A stretch of DNA of 64,000 nt from a virus. The notes under the pieces are model-generated. The model was given only the letters and a program-made list of their open reading frames with translations, was not told the DNA's origin and made no database searches. Each line of letters opens with the position of its first letter. Within the stretch, counting starts at the first letter, position 1. The DNA is taken from IMG/VR virus record IMGVR_UViG_3300009080_000001, positions 1 through 64,000 of that record. One strand, written 5' to 3'. Shown here piece by piece: positions 19,454 to 29,876 of the stretch. The position numbers and the translations under genes were made by a program.

Positions 19454-20179
19454 ATGAGTAAATTTAGAAGTTTAGTAGGGGCATTTATTTTGTTTCCGCT
19501 TTTCGTGAGTTGTGGTAAACAAGATTTGTTGACTAATGCTAATAGGGAAGTAAAAAAAGGAATTGTCAACGGTGTGAATACTTTACACAAAGGTTTTAAT
19601 GATGCAGTAAGTACAGGATCAAAGGCAGTTTCAGATTCAAATGAAACTATTAAGAAAGGTTTAACAGATTCAAAACGAGAAACTGATGGTTTTTTAACTA
19701 CCTCAAAAAATACTATTGATAGAGAATCAAGTAATGGTATTTATAACGGTGGCAAATTTATCGAAAGTGTAGGTCAAGTGCCACGAAAAATTGCCAATGA
19801 TATTCTAGGTACAGACGAGGACAGTGATGAAAATTTACACGATTTGCAAAAACAAGTTGACGCTATGTATATCGAATTTTACGAAGCATTAGCAGATTTA
19901 GGTTCTGAAATGGACGAAATGAAAATCGAGTTACAGGGTGATAATCAAGCGTTACAAGACGTTGTAGATAATGTGCATACTTCCCTACTTAGACAGATTA
20001 GAAGAGGCGACAGGCGTAGTTTAAGTAAGATTAGAGCGTTAAAAAATCAGCTTAGAGATTTGAGATATAACGTAAGACAAATTAGACGACACATTAATGA
20101 TTTAGAAGTAGTTTGCGATTATTTTAGACTAGGTTGGCGATATTTTGCAACTTACTGCGAGTTAGAAAGTAACAGGTAA
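19454..20179 (+). CDS. Early lipoprotein, helical/coiled-coil
   Basis: Signal peptide with lipobox-like FVSC. Confidence 0.6.
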   Translation: MSKFRSLVGAFILFPLFVSCGKQDLLTNANREVKKGIVNGVNTLHKGFNDAVSTGSKAVSDSNETIKKGLTDSKRETDGFLTTSKNTIDRESSNGIYNGGKFIESVGQVPRKIANDILGTDEDSDENLHDLQKQVDAMYIEFYEALADLGSEMDEMKIELQGDNQALQDVVDNVHTSLLRQIRRGDRRSLSKIRALKNQLRDLRYNVRQIRRHINDLEVVCDYFRLGWRYFATYCELESNR

Positions 20180-20251
20180 AAATTACATGGTGGGTTGTTT
20201 AGTTTTCAAAGTATGATATTCTATATACAGGAAATAACGGAGGTGTTAAAA

Positions 20252-21086
20252 ATGAAATACGGAAATTACGACGATTGGAAATTAGACAATCCATATGAAA
20301 ATGAGGTTGAAAGTTATGAGAGTGAAAAGTTCGGCTATTGGTCAATGGATGATACTCTAGTAATGAAGTTCAATGATTTAATAGAGGAGTATAAAGGAAA
20401 CGATTTAGAAGAATATGCTGAGAATATTGCAGACGAATTAGGTTTAAGTATAAGTTACGAACGATCATTGGAGGTAGGTTTATAATGAAAAATATTAACG
20501 TATCATTTTTATTTTTTTATTTAGGAGTGGATGAATTTACATCAAATTTAGAAGTAAAAGAAGCTGTAAAATTATTAGCAAGTTTATTAAATAAAGAGCA
20601 AAATATAAATGAAATAGTAGAGAATATAAATGAATATCACATTCAAAGAAAAATAGAAGGGTATAATGAATAATCCATATGCACCAAGTACAAATGATAT
20701 GATTGAAGTATGTAAAAGTTACACAAATGAAGATGATATGTTGAAATATCTAGCTGAATGTGCTAGTCATGATTATAGTTGTCCAGATAAATGCGATCAG
20801 TGGGCAATGGAATTTTTAGAGGAAAATGAGGAGGAAATTAATGGAAATTAATATTATAGACGTTGAACAAACTTTTTACAGAGAATTATTAAGGTTATCT
20901 AAAGAAAAGCTAGAGGATAAAAGGGCAGATTTATTTAATGCAACAAAATATACATTAAGTTCTGATTTTATTGATTATGATAAACTTACTGATGATTTAA
21001 TTACAATAGATAAACAATTGAAAGCCGTTAATCAGGAGATTAAGATACATACTCCAGTTTTTTGTGAAGATGATATCCCATTTTAA
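20252..21086 (+). CDS. Four small early hypothetical ORFs
   Basis: Coupled ORFs. Confidence 0.5.
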
Positions 21087-21192
21087 ATTGTAAAATTTAC
21101 ACAGGCTATTGACGCAAGGTATCAAATAGACTATACTAGTAATAGGAAATAACTTAACAAAGTTGTTAGCACAACAAAAAAAGGAAATAACA

Positions 21193-21771
21193 ATGACTAA
21201 ACTATTCACAAGAAATTCAAAGTTAAAGAAAGCTGAGTATCATACTGTAAATTTTGGTATCCCTGCTTTAAAGACTTGTCCCGAAGCTGATAAGTGTAAG
21301 TCATTCTGTTATGCTAATAAAGGTGCATATACGTGGCCTGTAGTTAAAGCGGCCTATGAATTTAGATACCAAGCAACTAAGCAAACAGATTTTATTGAGG
21401 TTGCTGTTAGTACTTTATCTAAAATGAGAAAACTTGATGCTGTGCGTATACATGATTCTGGGGATTTTTACAACAAAGAGTACCTTTATAAATGGTTCGA
21501 AATAGCTCGAAATATGCCATCTAAGACGTTCTATGCCTACACTAAGAGGGTTAAGTTGCTTAAGGATAACGAGGCTTTAAAACCTAGTAACATGGTTATT
21601 ATATATTCATTAGGTGGTAGAGAAGATAGCTTGATTGACCAAAAAGTAGACAGGCATAGTAAAATTTTCAATAACCTTGAAGAATTAGAAAAATCAGGGT
21701 ATATTGATACTAGTAAGAACGATAGCAATGCTATTAAAGATAATCACAAAGTTGGATTAGTATTACATTAG
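21193..21771 (+). CDS. GP88-like protein (Cys motif, radical-SAM-like)
   Basis: TCPEADKCKSFCYA; VRIHDSGDF; YAYTK. Confidence 0.7.
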   Translation: MTKLFTRNSKLKKAEYHTVNFGIPALKTCPEADKCKSFCYANKGAYTWPVVKAAYEFRYQATKQTDFIEVAVSTLSKMRKLDAVRIHDSGDFYNKEYLYKWFEIARNMPSKTFYAYTKRVKLLKDNEALKPSNMVIIYSLGGREDSLIDQKVDRHSKIFNNLEELEKSGYIDTSKNDSNAIKDNHKVGLVLH

Positions 21772-22094
21772 GAGATAAGAAATGAAAAAAGTACATGATA
21801 CTAAAACAAAAAATATGTTTTAAATGGATATTTAAAAAGAAATAGTATATTTATTATTAAATTTGAAATGAATTATGTTAAAAACGGATATAGTAAAACA
21901 TTCAAACATAGTGTTATTTTATTAGGAGTAGAATATAAGATAGAATTTGCTATATATAACAAGTTTATAGAAGATGGGAAAAAGTATGTTTTAAGTAAAG
22001 GTAGGCAAGTAGAATGTAACTAAGTAAAAATTACACACTAGATTGACGCAACAAGAAAAACATGAGATACTAAATATAGAAAAGGAGTTAAGAA

Positions 22095-22346
22095 ATGAAC
22101 AAACAAGAAATTAGAAAAATGGTAGGCAATCAATTCTTTAGCGCAGTATTTGTAAAAAGAAATGGTGAGGTTAGAACAATGTTATGTAGATTAGGTGTTA
22201 AAAAGCATTTAAAAGGTGGCACAAAGAAATATGACTATGACCATCTAATGACAGTATATGACGTTAAAAAGAAAGGTTATAGGACAATTAACATGGATAC
22301 ACTATTGCAAGTTAAAGCTAATGGTAAAGTGATTAAGGTTAAATAG
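22095..22346 (+). CDS. WYL_2 / Sm-like SH3 beta-barrel protein
   Basis: FVKRNGEVRTM ... VYDVKKKGYRTIN. Confidence 0.65.
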   Translation: MNKQEIRKMVGNQFFSAVFVKRNGEVRTMLCRLGVKKHLKGGTKKYDYDHLMTVYDVKKKGYRTINMDTLLQVKANGKVIKVK

Positions 22347-22627
22347 TGGAAAAGTGCGGAACATATCACAGTGAGGAAAATGTTAGATATTGTAGAGAGG
22401 TATTATTAGAAAAACTTGAGAAAGCTAATAAAGAAATAAAGGAATTAAAAAATGAATAATCAACAAAAACAAATGCAAGAGTTAAGTTATCAGTTAGGAT
22501 TAAAGAAGCTCTCAGAGGCTCTAGAATCGGCTGAGAAAGCTCAGGATAGTAAAAGGGTATCTGAGGTATTGGCTAAAATGGAAAAGCTTATAGACTCAAA
22601 TGAGAAGCTACAAAATACAGAGAAAAT

Positions 22628-22945
22628 ATGGTTACACTAGAATATAAGTTAAAAGGCAATGAATTTAAACTACTCCAGTACTTAAAAACTTTAGATAATA
22701 TTAAATCTCAAGGTGATATGGCACAGGATTTGTATATGAGTATCAGGACTGTAAGAGGTACTTTAAAGACATTAAAAGAGTATAATGTTATCGAAGTAGG
22801 CAAGTCCGGTGTTAAGGTTAATGATATTAGTTTATGGGATTTAGAAGCTTATACTACAAAGAAGTTTAAAACAGAATTGCCTAAATTAATAGCTCAAGAG
22901 GAGTTGGAAAATGGAAATAAAGAAGAGTCGGAAGTTACTAATTAA
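22628..22945 (+). CDS. Winged HTH DNA-binding protein
   Basis: SQGDMAQDLYMSIRTVRGTLKTL..NVIEV. Confidence 0.7.
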   Translation: MVTLEYKLKGNEFKLLQYLKTLDNIKSQGDMAQDLYMSIRTVRGTLKTLKEYNVIEVGKSGVKVNDISLWDLEAYTTKKFKTELPKLIAQEELENGNKEESEVTN

Positions 22946-23347
22946 ATTTGCTAGGCAACAATTTAAAGAGGAACTTAAGTTTATGGACGATAAAATATAT
23001 CATTGTGGTGTAAGATTTTATAGTGATAAGATGGTAAATGATTTAATTGAAAGCGGTAAGTCGGTTGGTGGTGCATTAGCTGAGTTAGCTGAGAAGGATC
23101 ATAGGAGCTTATAATGGACATTGATAATTTAAAAAAAGACTTACATGATTTATTTTGTAAGTATAACATAGACGGTATATTTAGTGAATTTATAGACGAC
23201 GGGGTGATTATAAAAGATAATGATGGAATATTTTACATATTAGATACTAAAGGAAAAATTATTTCTATCGAAATTGATAGGTAAATTTTACACACTACTA
23301 TTGACGCTAGGCATAAAATAAAGTATATTATATATAGGAGGTAAGGG

Positions 23348-23623
23348 ATGTTTTGGTTATATGAATTAAGTGATGAAATGACACAACGTGGTATGTTTGA
23401 AGTTGATGGTAATTATGATGCTGTTGGTTTTTTTCTATCAAGAAAACTTGTCACAAACTCATATATTAAAAACAATAAAATTACTTTAGAGGAAAACGGG
23501 TGGATTAAAAGAGATCTATTAAGTAAAAAGTTTTATTTAGTAGCAAATTGGGACGATAACTTTGAAAACTTTACATATGTAAATGTTACACAGATGGTTG
23601 AAAAAAATAAATGGATAATGTAA
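23348..23623 (+). CDS. Hypothetical protein
   Basis: Own promoter and RBS. Confidence 0.55.
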   Translation: MFWLYELSDEMTQRGMFEVDGNYDAVGFFLSRKLVTNSYIKNNKITLEENGWIKRDLLSKKFYLVANWDDNFENFTYVNVTQMVEKNKWIM

Positions 23624-23656
23624 ACTATATATAGGAATTAACGCAAGGAGCTAAAA

Positions 23657-25558
23657 ATGAAATTGACTACTGATAACAAAACTGAAGACTTTGGACACAA
23701 GAAATTTAAGTTCAAGATCGACGAGAAACATGCCTTTAAAGCTATATGGGCATTGATTAATCTATATAAGTATAAGATCCAAACTCCAGTTCAAGAGGTT
23801 ATATCGAACGCTAGGGATGCCCACAGAGAAGTAGGCAAGCCAGATCATACTTTTGATATAAAGGTAACAGATACAGAGTTTATCGTTAGAGACTACGGTA
23901 GTGGTATTGATCCAGTAAAGGCTGAGAATATTTTTTGCTCTATTGGCGAGAGTACTAAGACAGGCGATAACGGTCAGACAGGCGGATTCGGTATTGGTGC
24001 AAAAAGTCCTCTAGCATACACTAAACAGTTTGAAATGATTAGTTATGTAGACGGTACTAAGTATCATTACTTCATTGCTAAAAATGGTGAAATGTTAGAT
24101 ATGAACTTAATCAGCACAGAGAGTACTAAAGCTAAAAACGGTACTAAGGTTATTATCCCTATTAAACAAAATACAGGATACTACAGAAACGAGTCTGATA
24201 AAAAGAGTTTTATTAAAGCAGTTGATAGGTGTTGTTATTTTTGGGAAAATAGACCTAATTTTAACCACGAAATAGAGCCTCTAAAGCTGTTTAAAATAAA
24301 AGGTAAGTCTAACTATGCGTTTCATAATGCAAACATCGTAGACGGCAATCTCGTAGTTGTGGACGGTATCCCTTATAATGCTAATACTAATCAATGGAAC
24401 TATAGCGGAAGTAGAGTAGCATTTTTCAATACTGGGGACTTAAGGATTCATGAGACTAGAGAAAGATTAGCAGATAATCCAGACGATAGTGCTTATAATA
24501 TGGATAAAGTTAATGAAGCAATGGATTATATTAAAAACCATATGGACGTTAAACTTAATGATTATATTGATAAAGATAGTATCTTTAAAAGTCTTAAAGT
24601 ATTAAGTGATTTTGCTATACCTTTTAATTATAGACATGGTAACTATCGGTTTAAAAACAGATTCATTGAGCTAGAGGGGTATGGTAAAAAATTCACTGTA
24701 TATACTTCTAAATCAGGTGGTAGGTATCCATATAATTATAGATATAGAAAAGAAGATCAAAGTAGACTGAACTATAATGTCGAGGTATTTTATGATAATA
24801 CCGGAGATAGTGTTCAAAAAGTTAGTCGTAGAGTAAAAGGTTACTTAACACAATTTGTTGAGAATAAAGAGAATAAAACTGTATATGTTACTACTAATAA
24901 ACAGATAGCTAATATTTTCGGAGCAAAAGACTTAAGTACTTTAGAAGTGCCGAAAGTTAATAGAACTGGAGTTAAAAAACAAAATGAGCAGATAACTATT
25001 ACAGAATTATATTGTTATGGTCAGAGTAGAATATATAAAAAACTTGATGATATTGTTAGTAAGTATATTTATTTAGGATTTAAAGAAGATATTAGTGAAA
25101 CAATGAGATCTTTTTTAGATAGAAAAGGATATAGAGTCTGTAAACTTTCAAAAGATAATATTGAAAAAGTTACAGGGCATGGAAAATTTACAGAGTATCA
25201 TAATTTTGTTGAAAATTACAAATTGACTCAAGATGAAATAGACGGTATTTATTATTCAAGTATCAGGAGATATAACTTTAATGTAAATTTTACAGAGTTA
25301 CTTGACAGTAAAATAAAAAGATACAAAGAAATTGCAGATCAATATAAAAGATGCGACAGTTATGGTGTGCCAGTTTCTCTTTATACAAAAGAAGTTGAGG
25401 CTACTATAGAAAAAATAAGTGCTGAGAACGCTGAGATTATCCATATAAAGGATTATATTAGCGGAGAGTACCCTATGTTAGGTCACGGCAAAGACGTTAA
25501 TACGGAGTATATCAACGCCATTTACAGCTATAGGAAAAATTTACATGGTGAAAAATAA
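23657..25558 (+). CDS. rIIA-like protein with HSP90/GHKL ATPase domain
   Basis: EVISNARDAH, DYGSGI, GGFGIGAKSP. Confidence 0.8.
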   Translation: MKLTTDNKTEDFGHKKFKFKIDEKHAFKAIWALINLYKYKIQTPVQEVISNARDAHREVGKPDHTFDIKVTDTEFIVRDYGSGIDPVKAENIFCSIGESTKTGDNGQTGGFGIGAKSPLAYTKQFEMISYVDGTKYHYFIAKNGEMLDMNLISTESTKAKNGTKVIIPIKQNTGYYRNESDKKSFIKAVDRCCYFWENRPNFNHEIEPLKLFKIKGKSNYAFHNANIVDGNLVVVDGIPYNANTNQWNYSGSRVAFFNTGDLRIHETRERLADNPDDSAYNMDKVNEAMDYIKNHMDVKLNDYIDKDSIFKSLKVLSDFAIPFNYRHGNYRFKNRFIELEGYGKKFTVYTSKSGGRYPYNYRYRKEDQSRLNYNVEVFYDNTGDSVQKVSRRVKGYLTQFVENKENKTVYVTTNKQIANIFGAKDLSTLEVPKVNRTGVKKQNEQITITELYCYGQSRIYKKLDDIVSKYIYLGFKEDISETMRSFLDRKGYRVCKLSKDNIEKVTGHGKFTEYHNFVENYKLTQDEIDGIYYSSIRRYNFNVNFTELLDSKIKRYKEIADQYKRCDSYGVPVSLYTKEVEATIEKISAENAEIIHIKDYISGEYPMLGHGKDVNTEYINAIYSYRKNLHGEK

Positions 25559-25636
25559 ATGTTGCGTAGAGTTAAAAAGTAGAGTATATTAATTATAGAA
25601 ACTAAGTTGTTCTTAACAAACAGGAGGATAGAACAT

Positions 25637-26818
25637 ATGAAACTAACACAAATACCACAAGCCGCAAAGGTTTGTTTCAAGAGTAAAGCAGCTACATTAT
25701 GCCTAGTAGGAGTATCTGGATCTGGTAAGACAAGTATCTGGGGACAAACTTATAAGGAACTAGGATTTGAAAATTATATTATCCTAAGACCTGCATTACT
25801 AGCTGATGCAGCAGATTTAATCGGTCTACCTGACTTTGAGATTATCGAGAAAGGTGGTAAGGCAGTTAAGACTACTGCATTTATGCGACCTAAATGGCTA
25901 CCTTTTGAAGGTGATAATTGTTTGATTGTTATTGATGAGATTAACAGAGCAACTAAGGACGTATCAAACGCATTGTTTGGACTGATTGAGTCGGAAGCCC
26001 CATTCATTGGTGAGTATAAACTTCCCGAAGGTTGTAAGGTAGTAGCAACGTGTAATCCGCCTACGGATAACTATGCAGGAGTACTAGACTTTGCAGATAG
26101 TGCATGGAGTTCAAGACTTAACTTTGTTAAGGTTGCACCAAGCTTAGAAACGTATACAAACTACGGTAGAGCTTCGGAAACTGTTAGTAACGTGATGTTA
26201 GACTTCCTAAATAAGAATGAAACTTTCTTTGGAACTAGCGGAGACTTTGATACTGATATGTTTTTTACAGACGATAGTGAAGTTAAAGAGACTAATACAA
26301 GATCATTCTCAAAGGCATCGGCTATTCACGATACTGCTAAAGAGTTAGGCGTTGATAGAAATGTTACTTTTGAGTTAATAAAAGGAGTCGTTGGTACGGA
26401 ATTTGCAACAGCATTTTTAAACTTTGCTGATACTTATAGTAATATCGTAACAGTTGATGATCTACTTACAGATCCAGAGGCGCATACTAGATTCGATTAT
26501 ACGGCTCTCAGTGGTATCGCTAAGGTACTTCAAGACCTTAAGCATAAGTTAGGTAAGGGCGAAGTTGAAGAGGCTCAGATCCCGAATATAGCCCCTTTCC
26601 TTAAGCAGATCCCATTAGATACTCTTAAGGGATTTGTAGTGTACTTAGTAAAGGAAAATAAGGACGAGAATGGTGCTTTAATGACGACATTCGCAGAAGC
26701 TTTAATTGACGATGATGAGATTAACGAGAAGTTAGACCTAGTTATGTCAGATGAAAGTACTGAGGAGCTTATTGATTCTGACGAATCTGGAGAGGAGTCT
26801 GAAAATGAAGATAACTAA
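25637..26818 (+). CDS. MoxR-like AAA+ ATPase
   Basis: GVSGSGKT, IVIDEINR, ATCNP, SRL arginine finger. Confidence 0.85.
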   Translation: MKLTQIPQAAKVCFKSKAATLCLVGVSGSGKTSIWGQTYKELGFENYIILRPALLADAADLIGLPDFEIIEKGGKAVKTTAFMRPKWLPFEGDNCLIVIDEINRATKDVSNALFGLIESEAPFIGEYKLPEGCKVVATCNPPTDNYAGVLDFADSAWSSRLNFVKVAPSLETYTNYGRASETVSNVMLDFLNKNETFFGTSGDFDTDMFFTDDSEVKETNTRSFSKASAIHDTAKELGVDRNVTFELIKGVVGTEFATAFLNFADTYSNIVTVDDLLTDPEAHTRFDYTALSGIAKVLQDLKHKLGKGEVEEAQIPNIAPFLKQIPLDTLKGFVVYLVKENKDENGALMTTFAEALIDDDEINEKLDLVMSDESTEELIDSDESGEESENEDN

Positions 26819-27053
26819 GACTGTAAATATTACACGGTATAACCATAATCGAAAGTTATATGCTAAAAAAGGTGAGATAAGTGATAATGGTCATTATGTA
26901 TCATTATCTGACTTAGAAGTTGAGATTAAGAAAGGTAATACAATAAACGTAACAGATGAGTTTGGAAATAATATGACTAACAAAGTACTACAAGGTATTG
27001 TTAGTAAAATGCAATTGAGTGACAGTGAGTTAGTGAAGTTAATTAAAGGTTAA
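26805..27053 (+). CDS. PhaR N-terminal-like DNA-binding protein
   Basis: ITRYNHNRKLY...YVSLSDL...GNNMTNKVLQGIV resembles the PhaR IKKYxNRRLY pattern. Confidence 0.6.
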   Translation: MKITKTVNITRYNHNRKLYAKKGEISDNGHYVSLSDLEVEIKKGNTINVTDEFGNNMTNKVLQGIVSKMQLSDSELVKLIKG

Positions 27054-27191
27054 TTCCTAGACCTAGCACAAGTCTTAAAACTGAATTTAGTCCAGTGACC
27101 AGACCGACGATAAACAGAGGAATTTCTTATGGGAGCTACGTTATTGGTCAATCCTGAGTATGATTTGAAACTGCTCTTTTTGGAGATAAAA

Positions 27192-27647
27192 ATGAAATAT
27201 AACAGCATGAAAAAACAAGCATTTAAAGATTGGAAACGAGGTACTAAAACTCCGCAATGGGCAAAGATAAATAAAAGGAAAAGAATATATGAACCAGAAT
27301 ATTACACAACCCTGAATAATTTACAGGGTACGTTGAATTTCCTTGACCATAAGTTTGATAAATGTAATTTAGAGAATCTTGGTAATTATATTTATGAGAT
27401 AAAAGATATTATAAAACCTAGACATATAGATAAAGAAGATTATTCAATGCAATATCAGATATATAATAGTGGTATATGGAATGTTTTTAGTAGTTACTAT
27501 AAGGACAAGACAGGTTACGGAGTACACTGGAAATTAGAGGAAGTTAACTATTCAAGATTAGCTGAGAAAATGTATAAGATAACAGAGAAAAATAAGTTAA
27601 AATGTTTAGGAGGAGTAAGGTGGTTAGTGTGGGTAAAAATTACATAG
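27192..27647 (+). CDS. TRLARK-box protein (divergent)
   Basis: VNYSRLAEKMYK; start revised by RBS. Confidence 0.6.
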   Translation: MKYNSMKKQAFKDWKRGTKTPQWAKINKRKRIYEPEYYTTLNNLQGTLNFLDHKFDKCNLENLGNYIYEIKDIIKPRHIDKEDYSMQYQIYNSGIWNVFSSYYKDKTGYGVHWKLEEVNYSRLAEKMYKITEKNKLKCLGGVRWLVWVKIT

Positions 27648-27728
27648 TGGTTGACAAATGATTTGCGTTATACTGTTACCTGTGTTATTATTAATTGTAC
27701 TTAAGTTATCGTATGGAGGATAAATAAA

Positions 27729-28976
27729 ATGAGTGAAGAAAAGAAACAACCAACAGCATTAGAAGTAGCACAAGGTAGAACTAGAATCGAGTTATTACTT
27801 ACGAAGTTATATAACCACCCGACAGATAGATTCTATGCACATTTATTCTTCCATGTAGATAGAAGAGTAGATAACGCAACGTGTCCAACAATGGGAGTTG
27901 GCATGAAAGGCGGAAGGATTCAGATGGTATATAATACTGAGTTCATTAAGCAATATAGTGACGAGGTTATTACTGAGATTCTTAAGCATGAATGTATGCA
28001 CCTTATTAACGATCATATTAGTAGAGGTAGAGGTGCTAAAGAGAAGAATATGACTAAGCACAAGATGGAAAATATTGCCCAAGATTGTGCTATTAATCAA
28101 TCGTTAAATGGTGCAATTATCAAGGAAATTGGTGGTGTAGATTTAGATAGCTTTAGGAAGCTCTTAACGCATCAACCAGAGGACTTTATACTTGAGGCAG
28201 GTATGACCTCAGATTATTATTATAAGCTCTTAGAACAGGAAAAGCAGGATCGTGAGGATGCAGGAGAAGGCGACCAAGAGCAAGGTGAAGGATCACTAGG
28301 TCAACAGCTAGGTGACTTAGAAATGGACGATCATGGTCAATTTGGAGAAATGGACGCATTAGATCAAGCTATGTTAGACGAAAAGATTAAGCAAGCTGCT
28401 GAGGACGCTAGAGCTAGTGGAGCAGGAAACCTACCAAGTGAAGTAGAGGAAATGTTAAAGCTTAGAAAGAAACCTAAAGAGAATTGGAAGAGGTTACTTA
28501 GACAATTTATTGGTGGTGGTGTTAGGTCTGATAAAAAGAAAACAAGAAGTAAACGTAATAGACGTTACGGGATTAAGTTTTCAGGAAACAAAAAGGACTA
28601 TGTTGCAAGGATATTAGTAGTACTAGATACATCAGGAAGTATGTACGGTGATAGAACTGACAAGGTACTGAATGAAATTTACGGTATCTGGAAAGCTAAC
28701 CCATCAACTAAGCTCGACATTGTTGAGTGTGATGCTCAGATCCAAGACGTATTTGAGTACGATGGTAAGGACAAATTTGCCATTACAGGGCGTGGAGGAA
28801 CTAACATGACTCCTGCATTAGAGTATGCTGATAAACACAAGTACGACGGTGTTATAATGCTTACAGACGGTGAATTTTGGGAGACTTTCAAGAATCATAA
28901 GACTCCTAGTTTATGGGTAATTGCAGGTAATCCAAGTTATACGTCGCCAATTGGTAAGACGGTACATTTAAAGTAG
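27729..28976 (+). CDS. Metallopeptidase-like + VWA domain protein (DUF2201 type)
   Basis: HECMH zinc motif; DTSGS MIDAS; GRGGT; LTDG. Confidence 0.85.
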   Translation: MSEEKKQPTALEVAQGRTRIELLLTKLYNHPTDRFYAHLFFHVDRRVDNATCPTMGVGMKGGRIQMVYNTEFIKQYSDEVITEILKHECMHLINDHISRGRGAKEKNMTKHKMENIAQDCAINQSLNGAIIKEIGGVDLDSFRKLLTHQPEDFILEAGMTSDYYYKLLEQEKQDREDAGEGDQEQGEGSLGQQLGDLEMDDHGQFGEMDALDQAMLDEKIKQAAEDARASGAGNLPSEVEEMLKLRKKPKENWKRLLRQFIGGGVRSDKKKTRSKRNRRYGIKFSGNKKDYVARILVVLDTSGSMYGDRTDKVLNEIYGIWKANPSTKLDIVECDAQIQDVFEYDGKDKFAITGRGGTNMTPALEYADKHKYDGVIMLTDGEFWETFKNHKTPSLWVIAGNPSYTSPIGKTVHLK

Positions 28977-28985
28977 GAGGTAATT

Positions 28986-29321
28986 ATGGACGATATTAAA
29001 GTAGGAGATTATTTTAAAGACAGTAGTGGGTGTTATTTTGAAATAGCAGGGTATTTCAAAGATAGCGAGGATAAAAATATATACGTAATAAAGTTAGATG
29101 ATTATATTGAAGGGGTTCCTTTAAAAAGACTTATTTCAGACTACGGATTTAAAAAACAAATTAATGCTCTTAATTTAGACGATAAATATAGCTATCATTA
29201 TATGCCAAAACAATCAGATTGGACATTAGCATATGACAAAGTTAAAGATACAAGACTAGCAAGGAAAATGTGTAAGAAAATATACAAAGAAGAGGACGGT
29301 TGGTTATATGTCAAAATTTAA
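28986..29321 (+). CDS. TRLARK-box protein
   Basis: IKVGD...VKDTRLARKMCK..EDGWLYV. Confidence 0.75.
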   Translation: MDDIKVGDYFKDSSGCYFEIAGYFKDSEDKNIYVIKLDDYIEGVPLKRLISDYGFKKQINALNLDDKYSYHYMPKQSDWTLAYDKVKDTRLARKMCKKIYKEEDGWLYVKI

Positions 29322-29607
29322 AGTTGGTGATGTAGTTACTTTACGAAAAGATAGTAAATATTACAAACATAACGATTTGTATGCTCATATATGTGATAAA
29401 GGATCTGGTACTATACTCGAAATCTATGACGATTATACCACACACATTTATGGGATAAAATGGAATAGTATGCCAGAAGGTGAACATGGGTATACTGACT
29501 GTTCGTTAAGAGAAGTTGATATAGAAATAAAATATAAATATACAAGACTAGCAGAGAAAGTCTACCCAAAAGGATATAAAGATGGTAAATGGTGGGTGTT
29601 ATGTTAA
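29308..29607 (+). CDS. TRLARK-box protein
   Basis: FKVGD...YKYTRLAEKVYPKG. Confidence 0.75.
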   Translation: MSKFKVGDVVTLRKDSKYYKHNDLYAHICDKGSGTILEIYDDYTTHIYGIKWNSMPEGEHGYTDCSLREVDIEIKYKYTRLAEKVYPKGYKDGKWWVLC

Positions 29608-29876
29608 AAGTTGAGGATTTAAGAGTTGGTGATATATTAGTAAACTCCTCTATTAAATATAGGATAGAAAGTATATCTGAAAAAGGATTTGTGCTATATT
29701 CGTATAGATATTCAGCTAGTCTTGAAAATGAGATATCTGTAAGTCATATGGGAAGGACTATGAGAAACGGACACACTATATTACTATTTACAATAGTAAA
29801 TAACACTAAACTAGCCCGTAAACTATACCCAAAAGCAGAGGTACTTGAAAACGGTAAATTAAGGATTAGAGGATGA
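29601..29876 (+). CDS. TRLARK-box protein
   Basis: LRVGD...VNNTKLARKLYP. Confidence 0.75.
   Translation: MLKVEDLRVGDILVNSSIKYRIESISEKGFVLYSYRYSASLENEISVSHMGRTMRNGHTILLFTIVNNTKLARKLYPKAEVLENGKLRIRG

Larger units (their letters stand above)
17133..27643. promoter_or_regulatory. Dispersed palindromic element GTAAAWWTTAC at early promoters
   Basis: Copies at 17133, 17149, 17408, 17880, 18572, 20176, 21090, 22024, 23281, 26823, 27633; four lie 7-9 nt upstream of TTGACN. Confidence 0.7.
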
